Below, piece by piece: positions 21,048 to 30,794 of a stretch of 32,000 nt of DNA; position 1 is the first letter of the stretch, and each line of letters opens with the position of its first letter. The stretch comes from Pantoea alhagi. Lineage in GTDB: Bacteria; Pseudomonadota; Gammaproteobacteria; Enterobacterales; Enterobacteriaceae. The position numbers were made by a program, and so were the translations under genes. The DNA lies in assembly GCF_002101395.1 (NCBI RefSeq), contig NZ_CP019706.1, positions 21,126-53,125 on the forward strand. Reading direction: 5' to 3'. A model generated the notes under the pieces. That model was not told the DNA's origin. It saw only the letters and a program-made list of their open reading frames with translations, and did no database searches.

Positions 21048-22792
21048 TGACCAAACTGCATCTTATGCAGCTGCGCATAGGCGCCCCGCTGGCTGAGCAA
21101 TTCATCATGCGTGCCGCGCTCAATAATCTGTCCATCCTCAACCACCACGATTTCATCGGCTTTTTCGATAGTGGAAAGGCGGTGTGCGATAACCAGCGAA
21201 GTACGGTTTTTCTGCAGCTCATCCAGCGCGGACTGGATAGCACGTTCAGATTCGGTATCCAGCGCCGAGGTCGCCTCATCAAGGATCAGGATCGGGCTGT
21301 CACGCAGCAGCGCGCGAGCTATGGCGATACGCTGACGCTGTCCGCCGGAAAGCAGAACGCCGTTCTCACCAATAACGGTATCCAGGCCATTATCCATTTT
21401 GCGGATAAAATCCATGGCATGTGCCATTTCGGCGGCCTTCTCGATCTCCTGGCGGTTGTAGACGTCGTTACGTGCGTAGGCGATGTTGTTAGCGATGGTA
21501 TCGTTAAACAGATGAACATTTTGCGAGACCAGCGCAACCTGATTACGCAGAGAGCGCAGAGTATATTCACGCAGATCGTGACCATCCATCAGGATCTCTC
21601 CCTGCTGGATATCGTAAAAACGCGTCAGCAGGCTGGCGATGGTCGATTTACCCGAACCGGAACGTCCGACCAGCGCCACGGTTTTACCTGCCGGAATGGT
21701 CAGATTAATATTACGCAGCGCCGGGAGATCGCGACCTGGGTAGCTGAACGTTACGTTACGGAATTCGATATCCCCTTTCGCCCGCTCGATTTCACGCTTG
21801 CCGGTATCCACTTCCTGCTCGCTATCAAGAATAGAGAACAGCGTCTGACAGGCGGCCATGCCGCGTTGAAACTGAGCATTCACATTGGTTAATGACTTCA
21901 ACGGACGCATCAGTGCAATCATTGAAGAAAAGACTACGGTGATGGTGCCTGCCGTCAGGGTATCCATTACGCTGGGGAAGCTGGCGGCATAAAGCACAAA
22001 AGCCAGCGCCAGAGAAGCGATCAGCTGAATGATAGGGTCGGAAATAGAGGAAGCAGAAACCAGCTTCATCCCCTGATGACGCATGCGGTTGCTGACTTTA
22101 TCAAAACGCTTCGCTTCCACATCCTGGCCACCGAAAATCAGTACTTCTTTGTGCCCTTTCAGCATCTGCTCAGCGCTGGTGGTTACCTGCCCCATGGTGT
22201 TCTGCATATTTTTACTGATGCTGCGAAACCGTTTGGAGACGGTACGAATCGCCATAGAAACAATCGGTGCGAGCACAATCAGGATCAACGACAGCTGCCA
22301 GCTGTAGTAAAACATCATGATAAACAGGCCGATAATCGACGCGCCTTCACGTACTACGGTAACCAGAGCGCTGGAAGAAGAAGAGGCAACCTGTTCAGAA
22401 TCATAGGTTATACGCGACAGCAGCGTCCCGGTGGACTGCTGATCGAAAAAGGAGACCGGCATTCCCATCATATGATTGAATAAGCGACGACGCATATTCA
22501 TAACAACGTTGCCAGAAACCCATGAAATACAGTAGCTTGAAATATAACTTGAGATGCCGCGAATCAACATCAGGCCGATTACCGCCAACGGCATCCATAT
22601 TAAGACCGATTTATCGGCCTTACCAAAGCCTTCATCCAGTAAAGGTTTCAGCAATGACAGCATAAGGGTATCGCCTGCCGCGTTGATGATAAGCGCTACG
22701 GCTGCCGCAATCAGTCCCGCTTTATGCGGTGCGATCATCGGCCAAAGGCGACGAAAAGTCTGCCATGTTGAGAGATCTTTATCTTGATGCAT
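21044..22792 (-). CDS. msbA: Lipid A / core-LPS flippase MsbA (ABC transporter, fused TMD-NBD)
   Basis: The 582-aa product has the same length as E. coli MsbA. Walker A (GRSGSGKST), the ABC signature (LSGGQRQR) and Walker B ([12 protein letters not shown]) are all present. The stop overlaps the lpxK ATG (ATGA). Confidence 0.98.
   Translation of the reverse strand: MHQDKDLSTWQTFRRLWPMIAPHKAGLIAAAVALIINAAGDTLMLSLLKPLLDEGFGKADKSVLIWMPLAVIGLMLIRGISSYISSYCISWVSGNVVMNMRRRLFNHMMGMPVSFFDQQSTGTLLSRITYDSEQVASSSSSALVTVVREGASIIGLFIMMFYYSWQLSLILIVLAPIVSMAIRTVSKRFRSISKNMQNTMGQVTTSAEQMLKGHKEVLIFGGQDVEAKRFDKVSNRMRHQGMKLVSASSISDPIIQLIASLALAFVLYAASFPSVMDTLTAGTITVVFSSMIALMRPLKSLTNVNAQFQRGMAACQTLFSILDSEQEVDTGKREIERAKGDIEFRNVTFSYPGRDLPALRNINLTIPAGKTVALVGRSGSGKSTIASLLTRFYDIQQGEILMDGHDLREYTLRSLRNQVALVSQNVHLFNDTIANNIAYARNDVYNRQEIEKAAEMAHAMDFIRKMDNGLDTVIGENGVLLSGGQRQRIAIARALLRDSPILILDEATSALDTESERAIQSALDELQKNRTSLVIAHRLSTIEKADEIVVVEDGQIIERGTHDELLSQRGAYAQLHKMQFGQ
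22175..22182 (+). other. Chi site, exact GCTGGTGG on the + strand
   Basis: Exact octamer read in the sequence, antisense to msbA. Confidence 0.6.
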
Positions 22793-22827
22793 TATTTAAC
22801 CAGCATTGTTTGAAATAGCCGCTCATT

Positions 22828-25089
22828 TTACCTGGATTCGCCCTGTACGCCAAACCACTGATGATACCAGCGGGGCATTATTTGTTCTCTTAACCCCTTG
22901 ACTTGCCATCCATCATGATAAAAAGCCACGCTAAGCTGCCCGGAACGCGAAGTATCGCGCCAGCAATAGCCATTTTTACGATAGCGCCCGATAACCTGAA
23001 CCGAAGGCAAACGCCAGGTGTTATAACGCGCCACCGAAGCAAGCGCCACGCTTCCCTTAACATTGCGTAATAGCGCTGCGGTCGATGAGGTCTTGCTGCC
23101 ATGATGCGGCACCTGAATAATATCGGCCTGTAGCGCCAGACGATTGCGTCGCAGTAGCGTTTTTTCCGCAGCCGCTTCCAAATCGCCCGTCAACAGTACC
23201 CGGTAGCGTCCATCATCAATCCGCACTACACAAGAATCATTATTATTGCCATGCTCGCTTGTCGCCAGCGGCCACAGTACATCAAAAGTCAGCTGCTGCC
23301 ATTGCCAGCGCGTTCCCGCAATACAGGGTTGATGTCCTGGCAAGGTAAGCGCGCTACGTACCACTGCCCCAGGCCAGGCCTGCTGCATATCAGCTAATCC
23401 CCCCATATGATCGAGGTGCTGATGGCTGATAATGATTTCATCCACCGACAGACCGTGCCAGTTTAACCATGGCAACAGAGTTTGCCGGGCGGCGCTTCCC
23501 CCAGGCCAGCGATTGCCAGTGTCATACACCAGCGCATGTCCATTTTGCGAGATAACGATTGCCAGTCCATGACCAATGTCGAGCATATCCAGCCGCCACT
23601 CAGGCTCAACACGGGTGATATGCCACAGCGCAGGCAGACAGCAGGTAGCAATTAACGCCGCCGGCGCGCGCCGCCACCATCCCAGACGAAAAGCGATAAA
23701 AAGTAGCCAGATGATAAAGCTGGCGATCAGCGCTTTTTTGCCCAGCCATAGCCATCCCTCCGGCAAAAGGGTTAAGAGATAAAAGGTAAGCGCAAGAGAG
23801 CGATCGGCCATCCACCAAAGCGGAAAGGCAAGCCAGCTGGCGGGCATCATCATAGCCAACAACAAGGCCGGCACCGTGATAAAAGAGACCACGGGTATAG
23901 CCAGCAGATTGGCTGGCAGAGAGGTCAAACTTACGCCATGAAAGATATAAATCTGAATGGGGGCCAGTAACAGCAACATCCCCAACTGCAAATGCATGAG
24001 TTGCAGAAGCATCCAACGCTTGCGCCAGCGCCAGCGGGCAGGCAATGGAAACCACTGAAACCAAAACAGCAAAATGGCTACCGCCACGGACGAAAGCCAA
24101 AAGCTGTCCGACAGAACCGCCATGGGATCAACAAACAGGATCCCGCCCACGCAGATCAGCCAAATTTGCCAGCTGCTGCAGTTGATCGCCTGAAAGCGCA
24201 CCAGCGTCCATAGTGTTAACGCAGTCATGGCCCTTATAGCCGGTGGGTTATTGCCTGCCAGCCAACAGTAGATTGCGGCGACGCACAGGCTGAACGATAG
24301 CGGCAACGCATAGCCTATGCGCCATGTCGGCAACAAATATTGTAAGGCTCTGGCCGCCAGCCATCCCAGCGAGGCAGCCAGACTGATATGCATACCGGAA
24401 ATGGCCATTAAATGCGCAATTCCGGTATCCCTCAACAGAGCGCGGGTGTCAGCATTAACCTCTTGCCGATCGCCAAAGAGCAAGGCAGTCATTACACCGT
24501 GCCAGGGCAGATGCTGATATTGCTGCTGAGCATGGTTCATCAGGCGCTGACGCCATGAACAGTCGCTACTGAGCAATCTGGCAGCCAGCAGCCTGCCCTG
24601 TAGCGGCGTATGATTAGCCAGGGCGAATCGTTGGGCGTCAAAACCCCCTTCGTTTAAGCGCGCATGCACCGGGCGCAGGCGCAGCGTCATTTCCCAGCGT
24701 TGCCCCATACACCATTTCTGCTGAAACTTATCTGCTGTTACGCTGGCATAAACCGGGGGAAATATCCGCTGATTATCATACTCAACTATTTTTACCTTTA
24801 GCTGTGCCTTATCATGCCGAACCTGAGCGATCTCTGCGGGTACGTTAATGACCCCTTCAGTTAATTTAGCGAGCGGTTCCGTGGCCTGGCGCGCGGCCAG
24901 TAGTGCCCAGATCATTAATATCCCAGCGGTTGCCATATAGCGTAACGCCCGCTGCGGCAGCATGAAAAATGCCAGCGCTGTAATTAGCATACAGACAAGG
25001 CTGTTATGTTCTGGCAGCTGCGCTAAAAACAGCAGGGGCAATGTCGCGAGCGTGGCTAATAAAGCCAGCACATGGAGAGGATATGGCAT
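22828..25089 (-). CDS. ycaI: ComEC/Rec2-family inner-membrane protein YcaI (polytopic competence domain plus C-terminal MBL domain)
   Basis: The product is 753 aa, against 754 aa for E. coli YcaI. It has many hydrophobic segments and a C-terminal MBL motif (ISHQHLDHMGG ... VPHHGSKTS). It sits between ihfB and msbA as in E. coli. Confidence 0.9.
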   Translation of the reverse strand: MPYPLHVLALLATLATLPLLFLAQLPEHNSLVCMLITALAFFMLPQRALRYMATAGILMIWALLAARQATEPLAKLTEGVINVPAEIAQVRHDKAQLKVKIVEYDNQRIFPPVYASVTADKFQQKWCMGQRWEMTLRLRPVHARLNEGGFDAQRFALANHTPLQGRLLAARLLSSDCSWRQRLMNHAQQQYQHLPWHGVMTALLFGDRQEVNADTRALLRDTGIAHLMAISGMHISLAASLGWLAARALQYLLPTWRIGYALPLSFSLCVAAIYCWLAGNNPPAIRAMTALTLWTLVRFQAINCSSWQIWLICVGGILFVDPMAVLSDSFWLSSVAVAILLFWFQWFPLPARWRWRKRWMLLQLMHLQLGMLLLLAPIQIYIFHGVSLTSLPANLLAIPVVSFITVPALLLAMMMPASWLAFPLWWMADRSLALTFYLLTLLPEGWLWLGKKALIASFIIWLLFIAFRLGWWRRAPAALIATCCLPALWHITRVEPEWRLDMLDIGHGLAIVISQNGHALVYDTGNRWPGGSAARQTLLPWLNWHGLSVDEIIISHQHLDHMGGLADMQQAWPGAVVRSALTLPGHQPCIAGTRWQWQQLTFDVLWPLATSEHGNNNDSCVVRIDDGRYRVLLTGDLEAAAEKTLLRRNRLALQADIIQVPHHGSKTSSTAALLRNVKGSVALASVARYNTWRLPSVQVIGRYRKNGYCWRDTSRSGQLSVAFYHDGWQVKGLREQIMPRWYHQWFGVQGESR

Positions 25090-25246
25090 GGTTTCATCCT
25101 TATAAACGAAGGATGAGTATGCCGAATTGACAGGCTACGCACAGCGGGAAGCTGGCATTGCTGAAAGCAATGGCGCAAAGAAATGCTTCGGTTTACAAAG
25201 GTTGTCGGCTCGCTGTGAACATGCGCGCATCCACTGAATCGAAAGC

Positions 25247-25276
25247 AAAAAAAAACGACACAACGTGTCGTTTTTT
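25247..25276 (-). terminator. Strong intrinsic terminator downstream of ihfB, bidirectional in shape
   Basis: A9-CGACAC-AAC-GTGTCG-T6. On the - strand the hairpin is followed by T9. It lies 19 nt after the ihfB stop. Confidence 0.9.
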
Positions 25277-25294
25277 ATATATCGTCATTTTGCT

Positions 25295-25579
25295 TTAGCC
25301 GTAAATGTTCGCACGATCGCGCAATTCTTTACCGGGTTTAAAATGGGGAACGTATTTACCTTCCAGTTCCACTTTATCGCCAGTTTTAGGATTGCGACCA
25401 ACGCGCGGCGCACGGTAATGCAAAGAGAAACTGCCAAACCCCCGGATTTCGATGCGTTCACCCTGAGCCAACGTAGTGGCCATATGCTCAAGCATCTCTT
25501 TTACCGCATCCTCTACGGCTTTCGCCGGGATATGAGTTTGCTGGGCCGCAAGTCTTTCAATAAGTTCTGACTTGGTCAT
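25295..25579 (-). CDS. ihfB: Integration host factor beta subunit
   Basis: The 94-aa product is nearly identical to E. coli IhfB ([89 protein letters not shown]). A GGAGG SD is present. Confidence 0.98.
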   Translation of the reverse strand: MTKSELIERLAAQQTHIPAKAVEDAVKEMLEHMATTLAQGERIEIRGFGSFSLHYRAPRVGRNPKTGDKVELEGKYVPHFKPGKELRDRANIYG

Positions 25580-25624
25580 TAATCCTCCGGTTAATCCCTG
25601 TGGGAATGGTCTGACAGCTTGCTA

Positions 25625-25659
25625 CAGGCTCCGGGCGCCCAAAGGCGACCCGGAGCCTG
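25625..25659 (-). other. Long GC-rich stem-loop in the rpsA-ihfB spacer with no U-tract; possibly a partial terminator, RNA stabiliser or processing element
   Basis: An 11-bp stem, CAGGCTCCGGG (25625-25635) with CCCGGAGCCTG (25649-25659), is extended by an inner CGCC/GGCG pairing. It starts 8 nt after the rpsA stop and has no following T-run on the - strand. Confidence 0.45.
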
Positions 25660-25666
25660 AAGACGA

Positions 25667-27340
25667 TTATTCGCCTTTAGCTGCTTTGAATGCTTCAGCC
25701 ATAGCGTTAGAGAAGTTGCTCTCTTCCTGTTTGTTGTTAACAGTAGCGATAGCATCTTTTTCGTCAGCTTCGTCTTTAGCACGTACAGACAGGCTTACAA
25801 CACGGTTTTTACGATCAACACCGGTGAATTTCGCTTCAACGTCATCACCAACATTCAGAACCTGAGTTGCGTCTTCGATACGGTCGCGAGAAGCTTCAGA
25901 AGCGCGCAGGTAGCCTTCAACGCCGTCTGCTAATTCAACTGTAGCACCTTTAGCGTCAACTGCAGTTACTTTACCAGTAACAATTGCACCTTTCTTGTTC
26001 AGAGAGATGTAGTTGTTGAACGGGTCTTCTGCCAGCTGCTTAACGCCCAGGGAGATACGCTCGCGCTCTGCGTCAACCTGCAGAACAACAGCGGCGATTT
26101 CGTCACCTTTTTTGTACTCACGAACCGCTTCTTCACCAGTCGCGTTCCAGGAGATGTCAGACAGGTGAACCAGACCGTCGATGCCGCCTTCCAGGCCGAT
26201 GAAGATACCGAAGTCAGTGATTGACTTGATTTTACCTTCAACACGGTCGCCCTTGTTATGGGTTTCCGCAAACTGCTGCCATGGGTTGGATTTGCACTGT
26301 TTCAGGCCCAGAGAGATACGACGACGTTCTTCGTCGATATCCAGAACCATCACTTCTACCACGTCGCCAACGTTAACAACTTTGGACGGATGGATGTTTT
26401 TGTTGGTCCAGTCCATTTCAGACACGTGTACCAGGCCTTCAACGCCTTCTTCGATTTCAACGAAGCAGCCGTAGTCAGTCAGGTTGGTCACGCGACCGGT
26501 CAGTTTAGTACCTTCCGGATAACGTTTAGCGATAGCTACCCACGGATCTTCGCCCAGCTGTTTCAGGCCCAGAGACACACGGGTACGTTCGCGATCGAAC
26601 TTCAGCACCTTAACGGTGATTTCGTCGCCAACATTGACGATTTCGCTCGGATGCTTAACGCGTTTCCACGCCATGTCAGTGATGTGCAGCAGGCCGTCAA
26701 CGCCGCCCAGGTCAACGAAGGCGCCGTAGTCAGTGAGGTTCTTAACGATACCTTTGACTTCCATGCCTTCCTGCAGGTTTTCCAGCAGCTGGTCGCGTTC
26801 TGCGCTGTTTTCAGATTCGATAACGGCACGACGAGAAACAACAACGTTGTTGCGCTTCTGATCCAGCTTGATTACTTTGAACTCAAGCTCTTTGCCTTCC
26901 AGGTGCAGCGTATCGCGCACTGGACGCACGTCAACCAGGGAACCTGGCAGGAACGCACGAATACCGTTCAGCTCAACAGTGAAGCCGCCCTTGACTTTGC
27001 CGTTGATCACGCCAGTGACAGTTGCAGCTTCTTCGTAAGCTTTTTCCAGCATCAGCCATGCTTCGTGACGCTTCGCTTTCTCACGAGACAGCAGGGTTTC
27101 ACCGAAGCCGTCTTCTACTGCATCCAGAGCAACGTCAACTTCGTCACCAACCTGGATTTCAATCTCGCCCTGGGCGTTCTTGAACTGCTCAGCCGGAATG
27201 GCGGACTCAGATTTCAGACCGGCGTCAACCAGTACGATATCTTTGTCGATAGCAACAACAACACCGCGAACGATGGAACCCGGGCGGGTTTCGATTTCTT
27301 TCAGGGATTCTTCAAACAGTTGAGCAAAAGATTCAGTCAT
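25667..27340 (-). CDS. rpsA: 30S ribosomal protein S1
   Basis: The 557-aa product has the same length as E. coli S1. It reads [26 protein letters not shown]... and contains six S1 repeats. Confidence 0.99.
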   Translation of the reverse strand: MTESFAQLFEESLKEIETRPGSIVRGVVVAIDKDIVLVDAGLKSESAIPAEQFKNAQGEIEIQVGDEVDVALDAVEDGFGETLLSREKAKRHEAWLMLEKAYEEAATVTGVINGKVKGGFTVELNGIRAFLPGSLVDVRPVRDTLHLEGKELEFKVIKLDQKRNNVVVSRRAVIESENSAERDQLLENLQEGMEVKGIVKNLTDYGAFVDLGGVDGLLHITDMAWKRVKHPSEIVNVGDEITVKVLKFDRERTRVSLGLKQLGEDPWVAIAKRYPEGTKLTGRVTNLTDYGCFVEIEEGVEGLVHVSEMDWTNKNIHPSKVVNVGDVVEVMVLDIDEERRRISLGLKQCKSNPWQQFAETHNKGDRVEGKIKSITDFGIFIGLEGGIDGLVHLSDISWNATGEEAVREYKKGDEIAAVVLQVDAERERISLGVKQLAEDPFNNYISLNKKGAIVTGKVTAVDAKGATVELADGVEGYLRASEASRDRIEDATQVLNVGDDVEAKFTGVDRKNRVVSLSVRAKDEADEKDAIATVNNKQEESNFSNAMAEAFKAAKGE

Positions 27341-27457
27341 ATTTAATCTTTAGATAGGTAAATTTAACGTCCACCTGACTTCCTGCCGGATGGGGTTGTT
27401 TAACATGCCTGATGACGTTCCTTATCACCAGGTTATTACATCTGTTCAGCCGCCAGC
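27341..27457 (-). promoter_or_regulatory. rpsA 5' leader and translation-initiation region lacking a Shine-Dalgarno sequence (S1 autoregulatory leader)
   Basis: The - strand upstream of the ATG reads ...GGTGGACGTTAAATTTACCTATCTAAAGATTAAATATG. It is AU-rich with no GGAGG-like element. This matches the known SD-less, structured rpsA leader of gammaproteobacteria. Confidence 0.6.
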
Positions 27458-28141
27458 CTACGATAATGCCAGTTTTTCACGGGCATAATTGAGCGCGGTA
27501 TCAATCACCTGCTCAATACTCATGCTGGTTGAATCCAGCACTAGCGCATCTTGCGCGGGTACCAGCGGCGCAATAGCTCGGTTACGGTCGCGCTCGTCGC
27601 GCTCCTTTATCTCGGCTAAAAGGCGTTCAAAGTTAACACTAAAGCCCTTCTCCTGCAACTGTAGCATACGACGGTGCGCACGCTCTTCGGAGCTGGCGTC
27701 CAGAAAAATTTTTACTGGCGCATCGGGGAAAACCACCGTGCCCATATCACGACCGTCGGCAATCAGGCCTGGCGCATCGCGAAACGCGCGTTGACGACGC
27801 AATAACGCCTCACGTACCCGAGGAAATGCCGCCACTTTCGAGGCCGTATTACTCACTTCCTGCGTACGGATTTCACCCGTTACATCTTCGCCTTCCAGAA
27901 TGACCGCCATTTCACCATCGGTAGAGATAAAGCGCACATCTAAATGCGCGGCGATAGGCACCAGCGCCTCTTCTGATTCGATATCTACCTGATGATGAAG
28001 CGCTGCCAACGCCAGTACGCGATAAATAGCACCAGAATCAAGCAGATGCCATTGCAGCGCCTCAGCCATTGCCTTGCAGAGCGTGCCTTTGCCCGCGCCG
28101 CTTGGACCATCAATGGTAATTACCGGGGCTGTTGCCGTCAT
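27458..28141 (-). CDS. cmk: Cytidylate kinase
   Basis: From the ATG at 28141 the product is 227 aa, the same length as E. coli Cmk. It reads [41 protein letters not shown].... An AGGAG SD lies 6 nt upstream. The 58-codon 5' extension in the ORF track has no homolog counterpart. Confidence 0.95.
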   Translation of the reverse strand: MTATAPVITIDGPSGAGKGTLCKAMAEALQWHLLDSGAIYRVLALAALHHQVDIESEEALVPIAAHLDVRFISTDGEMAVILEGEDVTGEIRTQEVSNTASKVAAFPRVREALLRRQRAFRDAPGLIADGRDMGTVVFPDAPVKIFLDASSEERAHRRMLQLQEKGFSVNFERLLAEIKERDERDRNRAIAPLVPAQDALVLDSTSMSIEQVIDTALNYAREKLALS

Positions 28142-28343
28142 TTTATTCTCCTGTCGCTGCTGGTCGTTCTTATTGCTACCTGCATTCATAAGTCGCGGCA
28201 TATTATACGCTGCAATCATTAAGAACGTTATCTTTAAGCACAGACAGGCACCAAATAATCTTCTTTTTAGGAACTTCCGCTCACAGATAAAAATAACGCA
28301 ACGGTAAGCCGCCACCGCTTAAATCCGCGCTGACGGCCTTTTA

Positions 28344-29630
28344 TCAGGCTAAGGTACTGATAGCCGCCAGACGTTCAAAGTAGTCCGGAAAGGTTTTTGC
28401 CGTACATTTTGGGTCAAGGATGGTAATGGCAGTATCAGAGAGCGCCACCAGCGAGAAACACATCGCCATGCGGTGATCGTTATAGGTGCCGATGTGTGCT
28501 GAAGTAAGACGTTGCGGAGGTGTGATACGGATAAAGTCATGGCCCTCTTCTACTTCAGCGCCGACTTTACGTAGTTCGGTAGCCATCGCCGATAACCGAT
28601 CGGTTTCTTTCACCCGCCAGTTATAAATATTGCGTAATACCGTTGTGCCTTCAGCAAATAAAGCCGCAGTAGCAATAGTCATTGCCGCATCGGGGATATG
28701 GTTCATATCCAGATCCACAGCCTGTAATTTATCGCGTGTACAGGCAATATAATCATCGCCCCACTCGATTTTAGCGCCCATTTTTTCCAGCACATCAGCA
28801 AAACGGATATCGCCCTGTACGCTATTGCGTCCCACGCCGGTAACGCGCACCGTACCGCCTTTTATCGCGGCGGCGGCAAGAAAATAAGAGGCAGAAGAGG
28901 CATCGCCTTCCACCAGATAGTTACCGGGTGAGATATAACGCTGCCGCCCACGGATCGAGAAGCGTTGGTAATCACTGTTTTCTACCCTGACGCCAAAGGT
29001 ATTCATCAGATGCAGCGTAATATCAATATAGGGTTTTGATACCAGCTCGCCTTTGATCACAATATGCGTGTCCTGCGCGGCCAGCGGCGCAGCCATCAGC
29101 AGAGCCGTTAAAAACTGGCTTGAGACGCTGCCATCTACGCTCACTTCGCCGCCGACGAAACCGCCATGAATATGTACCGGCGGATAATCGTTCTGCTCGA
29201 GATAATCAATTTGCGCGCCGCCCTGACGCAGCGCATCAACCAGGTGACCGATGGGGCGCTCTTTCATGCGTGGCTCACCGGTCAGAACAATGTCATTGCT
29301 GACCAGGCAGAGCGCCGCAGCCAGTGGACGCATAGCGGTTCCGGCATTGCCCAGGAACAGCTCCAGCGCCTTTTCCGCTTTTAGCGGCCCGCCGACACCG
29401 TTAACTTCACAGACGGTACGATCTGCTGACAGCTTATAGCCAACGCCTAAAGCGCCAAGCGCATTAAGCATATGTTTAACGTCATCGCTGTCCAGGAGAT
29501 TAGTCAGGCGTGTCGTTCCCTGAGCCAGCGCAGCCAGCAGTAAGGCGCGGTTAGAAACGCTTTTTGAGCCAGGCAAATTTACCGTGCCGTCAACGCGGAC
29601 TATAGGTTGTAGTGTCAGGGATTCCTGCAT
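28344..29630 (-). CDS. aroA: 3-phosphoshikimate 1-carboxyvinyltransferase (EPSP synthase, class I)
   Basis: The product is 428 aa. It reads [33 protein letters not shown]... and carries the motif [17 protein letters not shown]. It is colinear with E. coli AroA. Confidence 0.97.
   Translation of the reverse strand: MQESLTLQPIVRVDGTVNLPGSKSVSNRALLLAALAQGTTRLTNLLDSDDVKHMLNALGALGVGYKLSADRTVCEVNGVGGPLKAEKALELFLGNAGTAMRPLAAALCLVSNDIVLTGEPRMKERPIGHLVDALRQGGAQIDYLEQNDYPPVHIHGGFVGGEVSVDGSVSSQFLTALLMAAPLAAQDTHIVIKGELVSKPYIDITLHLMNTFGVRVENSDYQRFSIRGRQRYISPGNYLVEGDASSASYFLAAAAIKGGTVRVTGVGRNSVQGDIRFADVLEKMGAKIEWGDDYIACTRDKLQAVDLDMNHIPDAAMTIATAALFAEGTTVLRNIYNWRVKETDRLSAMATELRKVGAEVEEGHDFIRITPPQRLTSAHIGTYNDHRMAMCFSLVALSDTAITILDPKCTAKTFPDYFERLAAISTLA
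28445..28452 (-). other. Chi site, GCTGGTGG on the - strand
   Basis: Exact CCACCAGC read on the + strand, inside aroA. Confidence 0.6.
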
Positions 29631-29663
29631 GTGAAAACTTCTCTCCGTAAAGCCAGTACAAGA

Positions 29664-29687
29664 AAACCTCGTGCCAGGACGAGGTTT
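29664..29687 (-). terminator. Terminator-like attenuator hairpin between serC and aroA
   Basis: On the - strand AAACCTCGT-CCTGGC-ACGAGGTTT is followed by TCTTGT. It lies within the 78-bp serC-aroA spacer. The two genes form one operon in E. coli, so partial termination is expected rather than full termination. Confidence 0.45.
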
Positions 29688-29708
29688 GTAGAAAATATGA
29701 AACCGGGA

Positions 29709-30794
29709 TCAGCCGTGCCGACGTTCGAAATCAATCATGAAATCGGTGAGGACCTTTACGCCTTCCAGCGGCATAGCGTTATAGATAGACGCACGCATTC
29801 CGCCAACAACACGATGCCCTTTCAAAGCATGCAGCCCGGCGGCAAAAGATTCTTCAAGGAAAAGTTTATCCAGCGCGGCATCAGCGAGCTGAAAAGGCAC
29901 ATTCATCCGTGAACGGTTGCTGACGGCAACGTCATTGCGATAGAAATCGCTACGGTCAATAACGCCATACAGCAAATCGGCTTTGGCCTGGTTGATTTTA
30001 TCCATTTCGCTGATGCCGCCATGCTCTTTCAGCCATTTAAATACCAGACCAGAAAGGTACCAGGCAAAAGTCGGCGGGGTATTGTACATAGAATCATTTT
30101 CCGCCAGCGCTTTATAATTCAGCACGGTGGGTAGCGCCTGCTGGGCGTTGCCCAGCAGATCGTCACGTACAATGACCAGCGTTAGCCCGGCAGGGCCAAT
30201 ATTTTTCTGCGCCCCGGCATAGATGACGCCGTAACGACTGATATCCAGTGGACGAGAAAGAATGGTGGAAGAGAGATCGGCCACCACGATTTTATCGCCA
30301 AAATCAGGTTGTTCATCAATGGCAAGGCCATCGATGGTTTCATTTGGGCAGAAATGAACATACGCAGCCTCGTCGCTTAATGCCCATTCGCGCATAGGCA
30401 GTAAAGCGCGCTTGCCATCAACCTGAATCTTCGCGTCAATCACATTAGGCTTACAGTATTTTTGTGCCTCCTGAACAGCGCTATGCGCCCAGTAGCCGCC
30501 GTCGATATAGTCTGCGGTTTTGGCCGCGCCCAACAGATTCATCGGCACTGCAGCAAACTGCGCGCGCGCGCCGCCCTGACAGAATAAAACTTTATAGTTA
30601 TCGGGGATTTTCAGCAGATCGCGCAAATCTTTTTCTGCTTCTTCTGCAACCTGAATAAACTCCTTGCTGCGATGGCTGATCTCCATCACGGAAGTGCCCA
30701 ATCCATTCCAGTTGCAAAGCTCTTGTTCTGCACGGCGAAGCACTTCTACCGGCAGCATTGCCGGACCGGAGCTAAAATTATAAATCTGCGTCAT
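29709..30794 (-). CDS. serC: Phosphoserine / phosphohydroxythreonine aminotransferase
   Basis: The product is 361 aa. [36 protein letters not shown]...[14 protein letters not shown]...[24 protein letters not shown] matches E. coli SerC. Confidence 0.97.
   Translation of the reverse strand: MTQIYNFSSGPAMLPVEVLRRAEQELCNWNGLGTSVMEISHRSKEFIQVAEEAEKDLRDLLKIPDNYKVLFCQGGARAQFAAVPMNLLGAAKTADYIDGGYWAHSAVQEAQKYCKPNVIDAKIQVDGKRALLPMREWALSDEAAYVHFCPNETIDGLAIDEQPDFGDKIVVADLSSTILSRPLDISRYGVIYAGAQKNIGPAGLTLVIVRDDLLGNAQQALPTVLNYKALAENDSMYNTPPTFAWYLSGLVFKWLKEHGGISEMDKINQAKADLLYGVIDRSDFYRNDVAVSNRSRMNVPFQLADAALDKLFLEESFAAGLHALKGHRVVGGMRASIYNAMPLEGVKVLTDFMIDFERRHG

Noticed and set aside
21047-21892. A 281-aa + strand ORF opposite the msbA NBD, plus 22076-22483 and other short ORFs opposite msbA.
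   Set aside because: These are antisense shadows of a gene that matches E. coli MsbA over its full 582 aa. No motifs are present.
23606-24100. A 164-aa - strand ORF inside ycaI on the same strand but in a different frame, together with 22890-23102 and 23463-23651.
   Set aside because: It is an out-of-frame overlap within the ComEC-family gene. The main frame carries the full-length homology and the MBL motif, so there is nothing to suggest a frameshift or pseudogene.
22828-25579. ycaI (comEC-like) plus ihfB as a competence or DNA-uptake island.
   Set aside because: Both genes are at their conserved core-genome positions, as in E. coli. No other competence genes, pilus genes or mobility genes are adjacent.
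26258-27346. A 362-aa ORF on the + strand spanning most of rpsA.
   Set aside because: It is exactly antisense to the near-identical S1 gene. The product is a low-complexity F/N/V/Q-rich sequence with no recognisable motif. It is a typical stop-free antisense frame opposite a highly codon-biased gene.
28142-28315. A 5' extension of cmk to a 285-aa ORF ([19 protein letters not shown]...).
   Set aside because: Homology to Cmk begins at the ATG at 28141 ([20 protein letters not shown]), which has an AGGAG SD. The extension runs through AT-rich intergenic DNA and has an implausible composition.
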